Shown: positions 1 to 7,570 of the stretch, piece by piece
How the letters are laid out: every line of letters begins with the position of its first letter
How positions within the stretch are numbered: the stretch's first letter is position 1
Virus record (IMG/VR): IMGVR_UViG_3300034220_000043
Location: 1 to 54,188 of that record
Direction: 5' to 3' (one strand)
Source of the DNA: a virus
Taxonomy: Duplodnaviria; Caudoviricetes
DNA length: 54,188 nt
Program-made: the position numbers and the translations under genes
Notes under the pieces: model-generated
The model's input: the letters and a program-made list of their open reading frames with translations, nothing else
Databases searched by the model: none
What the model was told of the DNA's origin: nothing

Positions 1-127
1 AGTCGGCTTCCTGCCGGTCGACGCCGAGACCTGCGCCGATGCGATCCTGCGAGATCCTCGCGTACACCGCTGCGCGCCGCTTCACGGCAGTGATGCTAGG
101 TCACGTGTTGGTACACACGAACACGAC
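1..127 (+). repeat. 127-bp exact copy of 52428-52554 (integrase 5' end plus att arm); attP-like junction at ~127
   Basis: Identical through ...gtacacacgaacacgac, then ggacagc (phage) here versus atgcacg (host) at 52555. Confidence 0.95.
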
Positions 128-178
128 GGACAGCACCTTTAGACGCTCCGTGATGATGGGCTGGTCAGGATGCAGGTC

Positions 179-214
179 GGCCCCGGCGGTGCACCTGGGG
201 CGCATGCCGGGGCC
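179..214 (-). terminator. Hairpin downstream of the antirepressor gene
   Basis: ggccccggc (179-187) / gccggggcc (206-214) inverted repeat just past the stop at 241. Confidence 0.5.
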
Positions 215-240
215 TGAGTCCTGCGGTCGGGGCCGTCAGC

Positions 241-1050
241 CTACCGTCGCATCACGGCGAGGCCCCGGTAGTTGGCCGTCCGCATCTTCCACGCCGGGTA
301 ACCCAGCTCGGTGAGCGCCATCCCGAACCGGGTCTCGGTCGGCACCTCGTCGGCGTGCGCGCGGGCCCAGGCCGAGAACGCGGTGTAGAGCTTGCGGCTC
401 GACGTGCCCATCGCGTGCGCCCCGCAGCAGCGCTGCACCCACTCCTGCACGAGCGCGGTCTCCGAGCGCGCGGTGGGCGGCGCGGGCAGGGTGTGCGGCA
501 GATGCACACCCCCGGTGGCCTGCGTGGAGGGTTCGCCGAGCGGACGGACACTGGGCGCGACCTGCGGTTGAGCGCCGGAGAGCAGAGCGGCGATCTGCGC
601 GAGCTGCCCCTCGGCCGCGGCGGCCCTGGACACCAGGTCCTGCACGAGCGCCACCGGGTCGACGACCGTCACGGTCTGGGCGGGCTGCTGCGCTACCTCC
701 GCCTCCCGCGTGCGCACCGCGAAGTACGCCTGGGCCGCAGCGATCTCCGGCTTGTTCGGGTCGCCGTTCATCGCGACGAGGTACGCCGCGAAGCGGGTGA
801 GGTCGTAGTCGGTCAGTGGACGGTTGCCGTTGATCTTCTGGGATCGCAGGAAATTGCTGGTCACGTCCATGCCGACGTTCTCCGCGGCGCGCATGGCGCG
901 GTTCAGCGGGACCTCGAAGTTCTCCCAGCGCGCGTAGTTCGTCAGCGTCTGCAGGTCGCGGGCGGACCACGTCTCCACGCCCTGCTCGTTGACGCTGCGG
1001 ATCGAGTCGAACGGCGAGGCGCCGCCGGTGCGGTCGAGGGTGGTGTTCAC
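241..1050 (-). CDS. Bro-N/DinD-like phage antirepressor with C-terminal winged-helix-like domain
   Basis: SPFDSIR..E.WSARDLQ...Y.RWENF...DY.LTRFAAYLVAMNGDPNKPEIAAAQAYFA; GTG start with AGGAG RBS. Confidence 0.85.
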   Translation of the reverse strand: MNTTLDRTGGASPFDSIRSVNEQGVETWSARDLQTLTNYARWENFEVPLNRAMRAAENVGMDVTSNFLRSQKINGNRPLTDYDLTRFAAYLVAMNGDPNKPEIAAAQAYFAVRTREAEVAQQPAQTVTVVDPVALVQDLVSRAAAAEGQLAQIAALLSGAQPQVAPSVRPLGEPSTQATGGVHLPHTLPAPPTARSETALVQEWVQRCCGAHAMGTSSRKLYTAFSAWARAHADEVPTETRFGMALTELGYPAWKMRTANYRGLAVMRR

Positions 1051-1409
1051 GTCGTCTCCTTCGGGGTGGTGCGGATGCGGGCTGCGTGCTCGATCTCCAG
1101 GGTGAGGCGCTCGACCTCGACCTCCTCGACCGCGGCGTTCTCCACGCCGGCTGGGCCGCGCAGCAGGTGCAGGAGCTCGTGCACCAGGGTCGGTCGCCAC
1201 TCCTCGTCGGGGAGCCCGGCGTCCAGCTCGATGCTCTGCGTGGCGAACCAGGTGCGGCCCATGAAGCCGACATCGCTGAGGTCGGCCACGCGGATGGTGA
1301 CCTCGCCGCGACGGGCGAGCACCTCGCGCAGCACGAGCGCGATGGGCAGGACGTCGGCGAGGGACGGGGGTTCCGCGGGCACGGCGGAACCAGGGATGAT
1401 GGTGCTCAC
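1047..1409 (-). CDS. ImmA/IrrE-family metallopeptidase (copy 1)
   Basis: R.TLVHELLH..RG...EE HEXXH motif; GTGA overlap with the downstream gene. Confidence 0.8.
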   Translation of the reverse strand: MSTIIPGSAVPAEPPSLADVLPIALVLREVLARRGEVTIRVADLSDVGFMGRTWFATQSIELDAGLPDEEWRPTLVHELLHLLRGPAGVENAAVEEVEVERLTLEIEHAARIRTTPKETT

Positions 1410-1434
1410 GGTCAGCCTCCACGGGGCTGGTCGA

Positions 1435-1470
1435 GGGCCCGGACTCGGTGTGTCAGCACCGGCCGGGCCC
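1435..1470 (-). promoter_or_regulatory. Stem-loop between the HTH gene and immA copy 1
   Basis: gggcccgg..cggtg-loop-caccg..ccgggccc imperfect hairpin. Confidence 0.45.
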
Positions 1471-1492
1471 GCTCTGTGTTCGGGGTAGGGAG

Positions 1493-1765
1493 CTACTGCC
1501 CGTCGCGTCGCGGTCGACCCATCGGTCGCGGCGGTTCGACCCAGCGCGATGCGGCGGACTCCGTGACGCCGAGGCGCTCGCCGATGTCGGCGAACAGCCA
1601 GCCGCGCTTCCTCAGCTCCACGACGATCTCGTGCAGCGTCAGCTGACCGCGTCGGCTAGCCGACGCCAGGTCGAGCAGCTGCTCGTCGGTCAGGTCGTCG
1701 TAGTCGAGCTCGCCCTTCATGAGACGGACCAGTGCATTCATCACCTCGGGGGTCAGGTCCGCCAC
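1493..1765 (-). CDS. Small HTH DNA-binding protein, putative repressor of the transfer operon
   Basis: LRKRGWLFADIGERLGVTESAASRW HTH; divergent from the rightward operon; start codon uncertain. Confidence 0.75.
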   Translation of the reverse strand: MADLTPEVMNALVRLMKGELDYDDLTDEQLLDLASASRRGQLTLHEIVVELRKRGWLFADIGERLGVTESAASRWVEPPRPMGRPRRDGQ

Positions 1766-1792
1766 GCGGCGGATCGTAGGGCATCGGGGCCG

Positions 1793-1827
1793 CTTGAAAC
1801 TTAGCAAGCAACTTGCTAGGTTTCAAG
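1793..1827. promoter_or_regulatory. Palindromic operator in the divergent promoter region
   Basis: CTTGAAACTTAGCAAG-caa-CTTGCTAGGTTTCAAG, 16-bp arms with 1 mismatch, AT-rich in a very GC-rich context. Confidence 0.8.
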
Positions 1828-1851
1828 TACACCAACACCGAGGAGCTCCCG

Positions 1852-1989
1852 ATGCCCAGCAGCACCGACCAGCCCACCGAGACCAGCGCCGAGCAGCCGA
1901 CGCCGGCCCCCGCCCCGCGCTGCGGGGTCTGCGCGACGATCCCCGCCGCGGTCGTCGCCCGGAACACCTGCCCGAACGAGGCCCGCTGA
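1852..1989 (+). CDS. Small hypothetical protein (45 aa, CxxC)
   Basis: GAGGAG RBS, ATG; first of a translationally coupled chain (TGATG overlap). Confidence 0.55.
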   Translation: MPSSTDQPTETSAEQPTPAPAPRCGVCATIPAAVVARNTCPNEAR

Positions 1990-2147
1990 TGGCCCGCCGC
2001 GACCACCAGCCGGACAGCCGCAGGCGCAGCACCGAGGCCGAGCCGGGACAGCACCCGCCCGGCCGGCCGTCGCTGCCGCCCAGGCCCAGCGACCCCGACC
2101 ACCTCGGCGTCGACCCCCGCGACCACGTGCAGCGAGGTGGCCGCTGA
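1989..2147 (+). CDS. Small hypothetical protein (52 aa)
   Basis: TGATG overlaps at both ends. Confidence 0.5.
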   Translation: MARRDHQPDSRRRSTEAEPGQHPPGRPSLPPRPSDPDHLGVDPRDHVQRGGR

Positions 2148-2275
2148 TGCCCGGCACCGAGCAGCCCGCCGAGACCCGCGCCGAGGCCACGGCCCGCATC
2201 CACGCCGAGCTGAAGGCGGCGGAGGCCCGGCTCGACGAGCAGACGCGCGCCGCGAGCACGAGGGAGCACCGATGA
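2147..2275 (+). CDS. Small hypothetical protein (42 aa)
   Basis: TGATG and ATGA coupling; GC3-rich codons. Confidence 0.55.
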   Translation: MPGTEQPAETRAEATARIHAELKAAEARLDEQTRAASTREHR

Positions 2276-2436
2276 CGAGTCGCCGGTGGGACAAGCAGCC
2301 CGAGACCGAGAAGGACGCCCGGTTCTTCGACCTGCGCGAGTCCGGCTACCGCGGGTGGATCGACCAGGACGGCAACGCCGTCTCCGCCGCCGAGAAGGCG
2401 CGGCTCGACGACGAGGCGCAGAAGGGCGGCCGGTGA
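2272..2436 (+). CDS. Small hypothetical protein (54 aa)
   Basis: MTSRRWDKQPETEKDARFFDLRESGYRGWIDQDG; RBS, coupled start and stop. Confidence 0.7.
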   Translation: MTSRRWDKQPETEKDARFFDLRESGYRGWIDQDGNAVSAAEKARLDDEAQKGGR

Positions 2437-2634
2437 TGGGCTGGCTGCGTGGGCACGACCGGTTCGTCGAGCACCGGGACGACTTCGACGCCGCGTCCGC
2501 CGCGGTGGACCACGCCAGGACCCCTGCCGAGCGGAACGCGGCGCTGGAGCGGAGCCGCGTCGCTGGAGCGGAGCCGCGTCGCACTGGAGGCGATGGAGCA
2601 GCAGCGCGCCGCCAACGGCAGGAGCGGCGGGTGA
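2436..2634 (+). pseudogene. Small gene frameshifted by a 19-bp tandem duplication, now reading into the downstream peptidase
   Basis: Removing one 19-bp copy restores MGWLRGHDRF...ALERSRVALEAMEQQRAANGRSGG* ending in a GTGA overlap at 2631-2634. Confidence 0.65.
2542..2579 (+). repeat. 19-bp perfect tandem duplication
   Basis: cgctggagcggagccgcgt x2. Confidence 0.95.
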
Positions 2635-3176
2635 AGGCGCTGCTCGCCGCTGCCGCGCTGGGCCTGCTGCTGGCGGTCCAGCGCGGCGCCCTCGACGGGC
2701 TCGGCCCGGCGCTGCTGCTCGTCCTCCTGGCCGCCGTCGCCGTGTGGGCGCTCGGCGGACGCTCCACCGCGGGCCGCTCGGTCGCCGTCCGCGGCCACGC
2801 ACACGGGTCCGGCGCCCTGCAGGAGGTCGCGACCCACGAGGCCGGCCACGCCGTCGCGGCGCGCGCCCTGGGCGGCCGGGTCCGCTCGGCCACCGTGTCG
2901 GCCGACGGCCGGAGCGGGCTCGTGCGGGCGACGCTGCCGACGCAGTCCAGCCAGGCGGCCATCACCTTCTGGGCGGCCGGGCGCATCGCCGCGGGCACCT
3001 CGCGCGGGGCGAGCGCCGACGACGACCTGATCCGCCGCGAGCTGCGCACCGTGCCGTCGGCCGAGCGCGGCCGGATGCGGCGCGCCGCCGAGCGGGACGC
3101 CGCCCGCATCGTCAGCCGGTCCGCCGGCCCCATCCGCCGCGACGCGGCACGACTCATCGAGAGGAGACGGCTGTGA
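2631..3176 (+). CDS. Membrane-anchored HEXXH metallopeptidase (M41/M50-like)
   Basis: Two N-terminal hydrophobic segments; VATHEAGHAVAA; AAGRIA..GAS.DD. Confidence 0.75.
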   Translation: MKALLAAAALGLLLAVQRGALDGLGPALLLVLLAAVAVWALGGRSTAGRSVAVRGHAHGSGALQEVATHEAGHAVAARALGGRVRSATVSADGRSGLVRATLPTQSSQAAITFWAAGRIAAGTSRGASADDDLIRRELRTVPSAERGRMRRAAERDAARIVSRSAGPIRRDAARLIERRRL

Positions 3177-3328
3177 GGTTCGCCGACCTGGTTTCGATCG
3201 GGGTGATGGCCCTGGTCCTGTTCGTCGTGGTCGTCGCCGCCCTGCTGGCTGCCGAGGCGGCGTCCCGCCGGATCTGGCCCGACCGGCGCGGCCTGGCCAG
3301 CTGGCCGTCCAGGCGAGGACCGTCGTGA
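3173..3328 (+). CDS. Small membrane protein (51 aa)
   Basis: One hydrophobic helix; GTGA overlaps at both ends. Confidence 0.6.
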   Translation: MRFADLVSIGVMALVLFVVVVAALLAAEAASRRIWPDRRGLASWPSRRGPS

Positions 3329-3996
3329 AGGCGCTGCTCACTCGGCTCCGCCAGCTCGACGTCGCCGCCGGCGCCGAGCGGCTGGTGCTCGTCGCCGTCC
3401 TGGGCATCGCCGCGCTGGTCTCGTACACCCACCTCCGCGACGTGTGGACCGCGTCCGGGTCGCCGTGGGCCGACGTCGGCCCGCTGCTCGTCGACGGGCT
3501 GTTCGCCGCGGCGTGGCTGCGGATGCGCCGCCGCCGCCGCGAGGGCGTGCCCGTCGGGGGGCTGGCCTGGACCGCGCTCGGGCTGGCGCTGGCGGCGACG
3601 CTGGCGGGCAATCTCGCCGCGCCGTGGGTGCACGGTCGAGAGGACGTGCTGGCGTACGTGGTGGCGGCCTGGCCCGCCGTCGCCTTCGCGTTGGTGTGGG
3701 AGCTGGTGACCGGCCACGGCCGCGCGCCCACCGACGACCCGGCCGAGGAGCCGGACGCTGCCGCGGACGAGCCCGCCCCGCCGCCGCGCCAGCCCGAGGT
3801 GGAGGAGCTGGCGCCCGCGCCGCTGGACGTGGAGAGCTGGGAGGAGAAGCGCGACCGGCTGCTCGACGAGGGCGTCGGCCGGCCGACGCTGAGCCGCGAG
3901 CTGGGCATCAGCGACTACGAGGCCCGCCAGCTCGTCGAGACGCGGAAGCTGCTCGTCACCAGCACCGCCAACGGCCACCAGGTGGCGGGCCCGTGA
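3325..3996 (+). CDS. DUF2637/SpdA-like membrane 'spread' protein with C-terminal HTH
   Basis: AALVSYTHL..PLLVDGL..ATLAGNLA..AAWPAVA..ELV four-TM pattern; GRPTLSRELGISDYEARQL HTH. Confidence 0.75.
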   Translation: MKALLTRLRQLDVAAGAERLVLVAVLGIAALVSYTHLRDVWTASGSPWADVGPLLVDGLFAAAWLRMRRRRREGVPVGGLAWTALGLALAATLAGNLAAPWVHGREDVLAYVVAAWPAVAFALVWELVTGHGRAPTDDPAEEPDAAADEPAPPPRQPEVEELAPAPLDVESWEEKRDRLLDEGVGRPTLSRELGISDYEARQLVETRKLLVTSTANGHQVAGP

Positions 3997-6170
3997 CGCT
4001 GGAGAAGCGCCCGCAGACCGACCTCGTGCCGGTGCAGCAGCCGGTGCAGGAGCGGGTCCGGCAGCACCTCGTCGCGCGCCGGGTCGCGGTCGTCGCCACC
4101 AGTCGCAGGCGGGCGTGGACGGCGTGGCGGGTGGCGCGCCAGCTCCCCGGCACGGCCTGGTGGCTCCTGGTGTACACCCCCCGCGGGGCCTGGCGGCTGC
4201 TGACGGCGTGGGCCCGCTACCTGCGGGATGTCGAGACCAGCGAGCTGCGCAGCCACCACGTCGGGACGCACGAGACCCCGGAGTACGTCCGCGCGTCGAA
4301 GGAGCGCGCGGCGAACCTACGGGCCCGCGCGCTCGGCTCCGCGCTGCTGGTGGCGCCCGGGCTGGTGCTGCTGCTGGCGTGGCTGGCGCCGCAGGTGCTG
4401 GCCTGGCTGGCCGCTGGCGGGGCGCTGGTGCTCGCCGTGAAGGTGCTCCCGCGGAAGGAGTGGTGGGAGATCCTGCTGCCGCCGGCCGCGGCGTACGGGG
4501 CGTGGTGGGTGACGCCCGACCTGGCGGCCCGGGTGCCGCACCCTCCAGGCTGGCTGGTGACGCTGGGCCTCGCGCTGGCGGTGGTGGTGTGCGGCTGGCA
4601 CGGCCGCCAGCTGGAGCGCCCGCTTGTCACCCTGCCGATGCGCGAGCACACCGAGGGGGACCTCCCGGCGAAGCCGACCGCGACGATGGTGGTCGACGCG
4701 CTGTGCCGCGCCGGGATCCCCGGCATGACCCTGCAGCAGGCCGACCGCGTGCACGACGAGACCCGGGTCATCGCGCCTGGCGTCGCCAGCTCGACGCACG
4801 GCTACATCGTCGAGCTGGAGCTGCCGCCTGGCGTGACCGTCGACATGGTGGTGAAGCAGCGCCCCCCGCTCGCCGCCGCGCTGCGCCGCGACCTGTCGAC
4901 GGTGTGGCCGTCCGGCAACCCCGAGCGGCACCCCGGCTACCTGCGCCTGTTCCTGTCGCACAAGCCGATGAACAGGGCGCGGCAGCCCGAGTGGCCGGTC
5001 GCGGTCGGCAAGCCGCTGTCCTACTTCGACGCCTTCCCGATGTTCACCGACGAGCAGCTGCGCTGGGTCGACCTCGTCCTGGCCGGCACGCACATGGCGA
5101 TGGGCGGAGCGTCCGGCTCGGGCAAGTCGGTCGGGCTCCGCCAGTTCGGCGTCGCGCTGGGGTTCGCGCTGGACACCGACATCATCGTGTTCGACGGCAA
5201 GCGCTCCGGGGACCTCAACCCGATCCGCGAGCTGTGCGTCGGCTTCTTCGAGGGCGCCGAGCCGGAGGACGTGCAGGAGCAGCTCGCCTGCCTGCGCTGG
5301 CTGGTCGCCGAGCGGGAGCGCCGCGCCCGGTTCCTGGCGTCGCTGCCGCGCGAGGAGAACCGCCAGTCGAAGGTGACCCGCGAGCTCGCGGCGAAGTACC
5401 CCGACCAGCTCGCGCCGATCGTCGTGCTGTTCGACGAGGTGCAGGAGTACACGGAGTACGGCATCAAGGGGAACAAGACCGAGAAGAAGATCCGCGACGA
5501 GTTCGTCGCGCTGCTGACCAAGCTGGCCCGCCTCGCCCGCGCGGCCGGCATCAGCCTGGTGTTCGTCTCGCAGAAGCCCGACGCCTCCGTGCTCCCCTCG
5601 GCGATCATGGGCAACTGCGGGATCCGCGTGGCGTTCCGGGTGCTGGAGCAGGTGCACAACGACCAGATCCTCGGCACGAGCGCCAGGAAGAACGGCGTCG
5701 ACGCGACCATGTTCACGCTGCAGGACCGCGGCATCGCCTGGGTCCGAGGCGGCGAGTCGGCCGACACGATGGTCGCGCGCACCTGGTCGCCGATGATCGA
5801 CCTCGACCTCGCCGACGAGCTGGCCGCCAAGGCGTACGCGCTGCGCAAGGCGGCCGGTCGTCTGCCCGCGTCGGACGACGTCGTCGACGCCATCGTGGTG
5901 CTCGACGAGGTGGTCGACTGCACTCGCGTGCTGATCCAGTGGGACCGCGACCGTGCGCACCTCAGCGAGCTGGCCGGGTGGCTCGCCGACGCGAAGCCCG
6001 ACTACGCGGGGCTCGACGCGGCCGAGCTGGGGAAGCGGCTGCGCAACCGCGGCGTCGCCGTCCGGCAGGTCCGTGTTGCCGAGCGCGTGACGGCCGGCGT
6101 CCGGCTGGTCGACCTGCAGGAACGCGGCGCGGACGCGGTGCTCGATCTCGACAACAGCGACGAGGAGTGA
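3993..6170 (+). CDS. traB: FtsK/SpoIIIE-family DNA translocase, TraB-like conjugative transfer protein (725 aa)
   Basis: N-terminal TM helices, Walker A GGASGSGKS, DGK, Walker B VVLFDEVQE, ARAAGI..SQKP, C-terminal wHTH-like region; context with the spd-like gene. Confidence 0.8.
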   Translation: MTLEKRPQTDLVPVQQPVQERVRQHLVARRVAVVATSRRRAWTAWRVARQLPGTAWWLLVYTPRGAWRLLTAWARYLRDVETSELRSHHVGTHETPEYVRASKERAANLRARALGSALLVAPGLVLLLAWLAPQVLAWLAAGGALVLAVKVLPRKEWWEILLPPAAAYGAWWVTPDLAARVPHPPGWLVTLGLALAVVVCGWHGRQLERPLVTLPMREHTEGDLPAKPTATMVVDALCRAGIPGMTLQQADRVHDETRVIAPGVASSTHGYIVELELPPGVTVDMVVKQRPPLAAALRRDLSTVWPSGNPERHPGYLRLFLSHKPMNRARQPEWPVAVGKPLSYFDAFPMFTDEQLRWVDLVLAGTHMAMGGASGSGKSVGLRQFGVALGFALDTDIIVFDGKRSGDLNPIRELCVGFFEGAEPEDVQEQLACLRWLVAERERRARFLASLPREENRQSKVTRELAAKYPDQLAPIVVLFDEVQEYTEYGIKGNKTEKKIRDEFVALLTKLARLARAAGISLVFVSQKPDASVLPSAIMGNCGIRVAFRVLEQVHNDQILGTSARKNGVDATMFTLQDRGIAWVRGGESADTMVARTWSPMIDLDLADELAAKAYALRKAAGRLPASDDVVDAIVVLDEVVDCTRVLIQWDRDRAHLSELAGWLADAKPDYAGLDAAELGKRLRNRGVAVRQVRVAERVTAGVRLVDLQERGADAVLDLDNSDEE

Positions 6171-6238
6171 AGCGCATGTGCAGGTCAGGGCGTTGTCGGG
6201 CGTGTTGTCGAGCGACAACGTCCGCGGGGTTCGACAAC
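6149..6238. repeat. Cluster of five GTTGTCG/CGACAAC heptamers (candidate clt-like site)
   Basis: Copies at 6149, 6192, 6204, 6213 and 6232 in both orientations, at the traB 3' end. Confidence 0.65.
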
Positions 6239-6252
6239 ACGGAGGTGGCCCG

Positions 6253-6450
6253 GTGATCGAGCCGTGGATGTGGTGGGTCGTGCCGCCCGGGCTGTACCTG
6301 CTGCACGTCGCGATGTGGCCGCTGCGGAAGTGCTGGGCGTGCGGCGGCACCGGCCGGCTCGGCGCCCCGATCGGCCGGGCGTACCGGGACTGCGACGCGT
6401 GCGGCGGCCGCGGCGAGCGCTACCGGTGGGGCCTGTTCCGGCGTCAGTAA
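6253..6450 (+). CDS. Small membrane-anchored zinc-finger protein (DnaJ-type CxxCxGxG x2)
   Basis: CWACGGTG...CDACGGRG; GGAGG RBS. Confidence 0.75.
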   Translation: MIEPWMWWVVPPGLYLLHVAMWPLRKCWACGGTGRLGAPIGRAYRDCDACGGRGERYRWGLFRRQ

Positions 6451-6480
6451 CGCGGCCGAGCGCCGGGCCGACGGTCGGAG

Positions 6481-6792
6481 GTGACCTACTCCGCTCCTCC
6501 GCAGCGCCGTTCCCCGGACACCACCTACGGCGCGCCGCCGGCGCCGCGCAGGCAGCTCGTCGTCGCGCGCGAGTCAGCCTCGATGATGTGGCTCCGCGCC
6601 ACCACCTACGTGCTGTGCTCGCTCGCCGCGCTGACGTTCCTCGTGCTCGTCGTCTACGGGTACCTCCAGCTGCAGGCGCTGGCCGCGGCGTGGGAGCAGC
6701 TCGGGGCCGGGCTCGGGGGCCTCGGGGGTGCGACGCCCCCGCCGTCGTTCGAGCTGCCGCCGTTCCCCGAGGACCCGACCCTCGGCGGGTAG
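6481..6792 (+). CDS. Membrane protein
   Basis: Single TM helix; last gene before the terminator. Confidence 0.6.
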   Translation: MTYSAPPQRRSPDTTYGAPPAPRRQLVVARESASMMWLRATTYVLCSLAALTFLVLVVYGYLQLQALAAAWEQLGAGLGGLGGATPPPSFELPPFPEDPTLGG

Positions 6793-6810
6793 CCCACACC
6801 ACCCCGACAT

Positions 6811-6855
6811 GCAGCAGCCCGGCCCTCTCCGTGGATCTGAGGGCCGGGCTGCTGC
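6811..6855. terminator. Bidirectional terminator between the transfer operon and the late operon
   Basis: Perfect 17-bp stem gcagcagcccggccctc / gagggccgggctgctgc between convergent genes. Confidence 0.85.
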
Positions 6856-6878
6856 CGTTCTGCGGGCGGTTGGCTACC

Positions 6879-7097
6879 TCACGCCCCGTCGTCGAACGTC
6901 AGCGTGTAGCTCTGGCCCGGCTCGAACCGCACGGACCGCTTGACGTTCATCTGCAGCGCGACGGCCGGGGTGTAGCGGGACCACTCGGCGTTCACCTCCG
7001 CTGCCTCGCCGTAGTAATCGGCGCCGAAGTTGACGAGGTCCTGGTCAGCGTCGAGCTGGACGCGGGAGTTGCACTTGACCTTGGCGGTGATCTTCAC
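6879..7097 (-). CDS. Hypothetical phage protein (72 aa)
   Basis: GGAGA RBS; typical codon usage; NAEWSRYTP. Confidence 0.75.
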   Translation of the reverse strand: MKITAKVKCNSRVQLDADQDLVNFGADYYGEAAEVNAEWSRYTPAVALQMNVKRSVRFEPGQSYTLTFDDGA

Positions 7098-7135
7098 GGG
7101 GTCTCCAGGTGGTCGGGTGGTGGGAGCAGGAAAGG

Positions 7136-7519
7136 TCAGCGGGTGTAGAGCACCTCGCCGTCGACGGTGATGGGGGCGAGGACCTGGGAGCGGACGAACA
7201 GGCCGGTCACCAGCGACAGGGTGGTGAGCAGCGCTGCCTGCTGCGGGGTGTCGAGCGGGACCCCGAAGGTGACCAGCAGCGCGACGCCGGCCTTGAAGGC
7301 GCCGGTGAGCAGCGGCAGCAGCGCGTCGGAGCGCACCTTGACGGCGGTGTAGACCGACGCCGCGGCGAGCAGGAACGCGTTGATGGCGGCCTGCACCGGC
7401 TCGTTCAGGCCGGGCAGCAGAAACAGGTGCGCGACGACGAGCGCCGAGGCGACGACCTCGGCGAGCATCGCGGGCTCCCGCCCCAGGATCAGGGTGCGGG
7501 ACGTGATGGGGGCGGTCAT
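7136..7519 (-). CDS. Holin
   Basis: ILGREPA motif, ~4 TM helices, adjacent to the endolysin. Confidence 0.75.
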   Translation of the reverse strand: MTAPITSRTLILGREPAMLAEVVASALVVAHLFLLPGLNEPVQAAINAFLLAAASVYTAVKVRSDALLPLLTGAFKAGVALLVTFGVPLDTPQQAALLTTLSLVTGLFVRSQVLAPITVDGEVLYTR

Positions 7520-7570
7520 GGCGTGCGGTACCTCCAAGGTGGGGGAGCGGGCCAGCTGCGCGGCTGGGGG

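Noticed and set aside
1-127. 127-bp direct repeat read as an attL/attR core duplication
   Set aside because: It contains the integrase 5' end, serine integrases do not need long cores, and the length matches an assembly k-mer
524-533. Single GTGGAGGGT iteron-like copy in the antirepressor gene
   Set aside because: One 9-mer in 54 kb is compatible with chance
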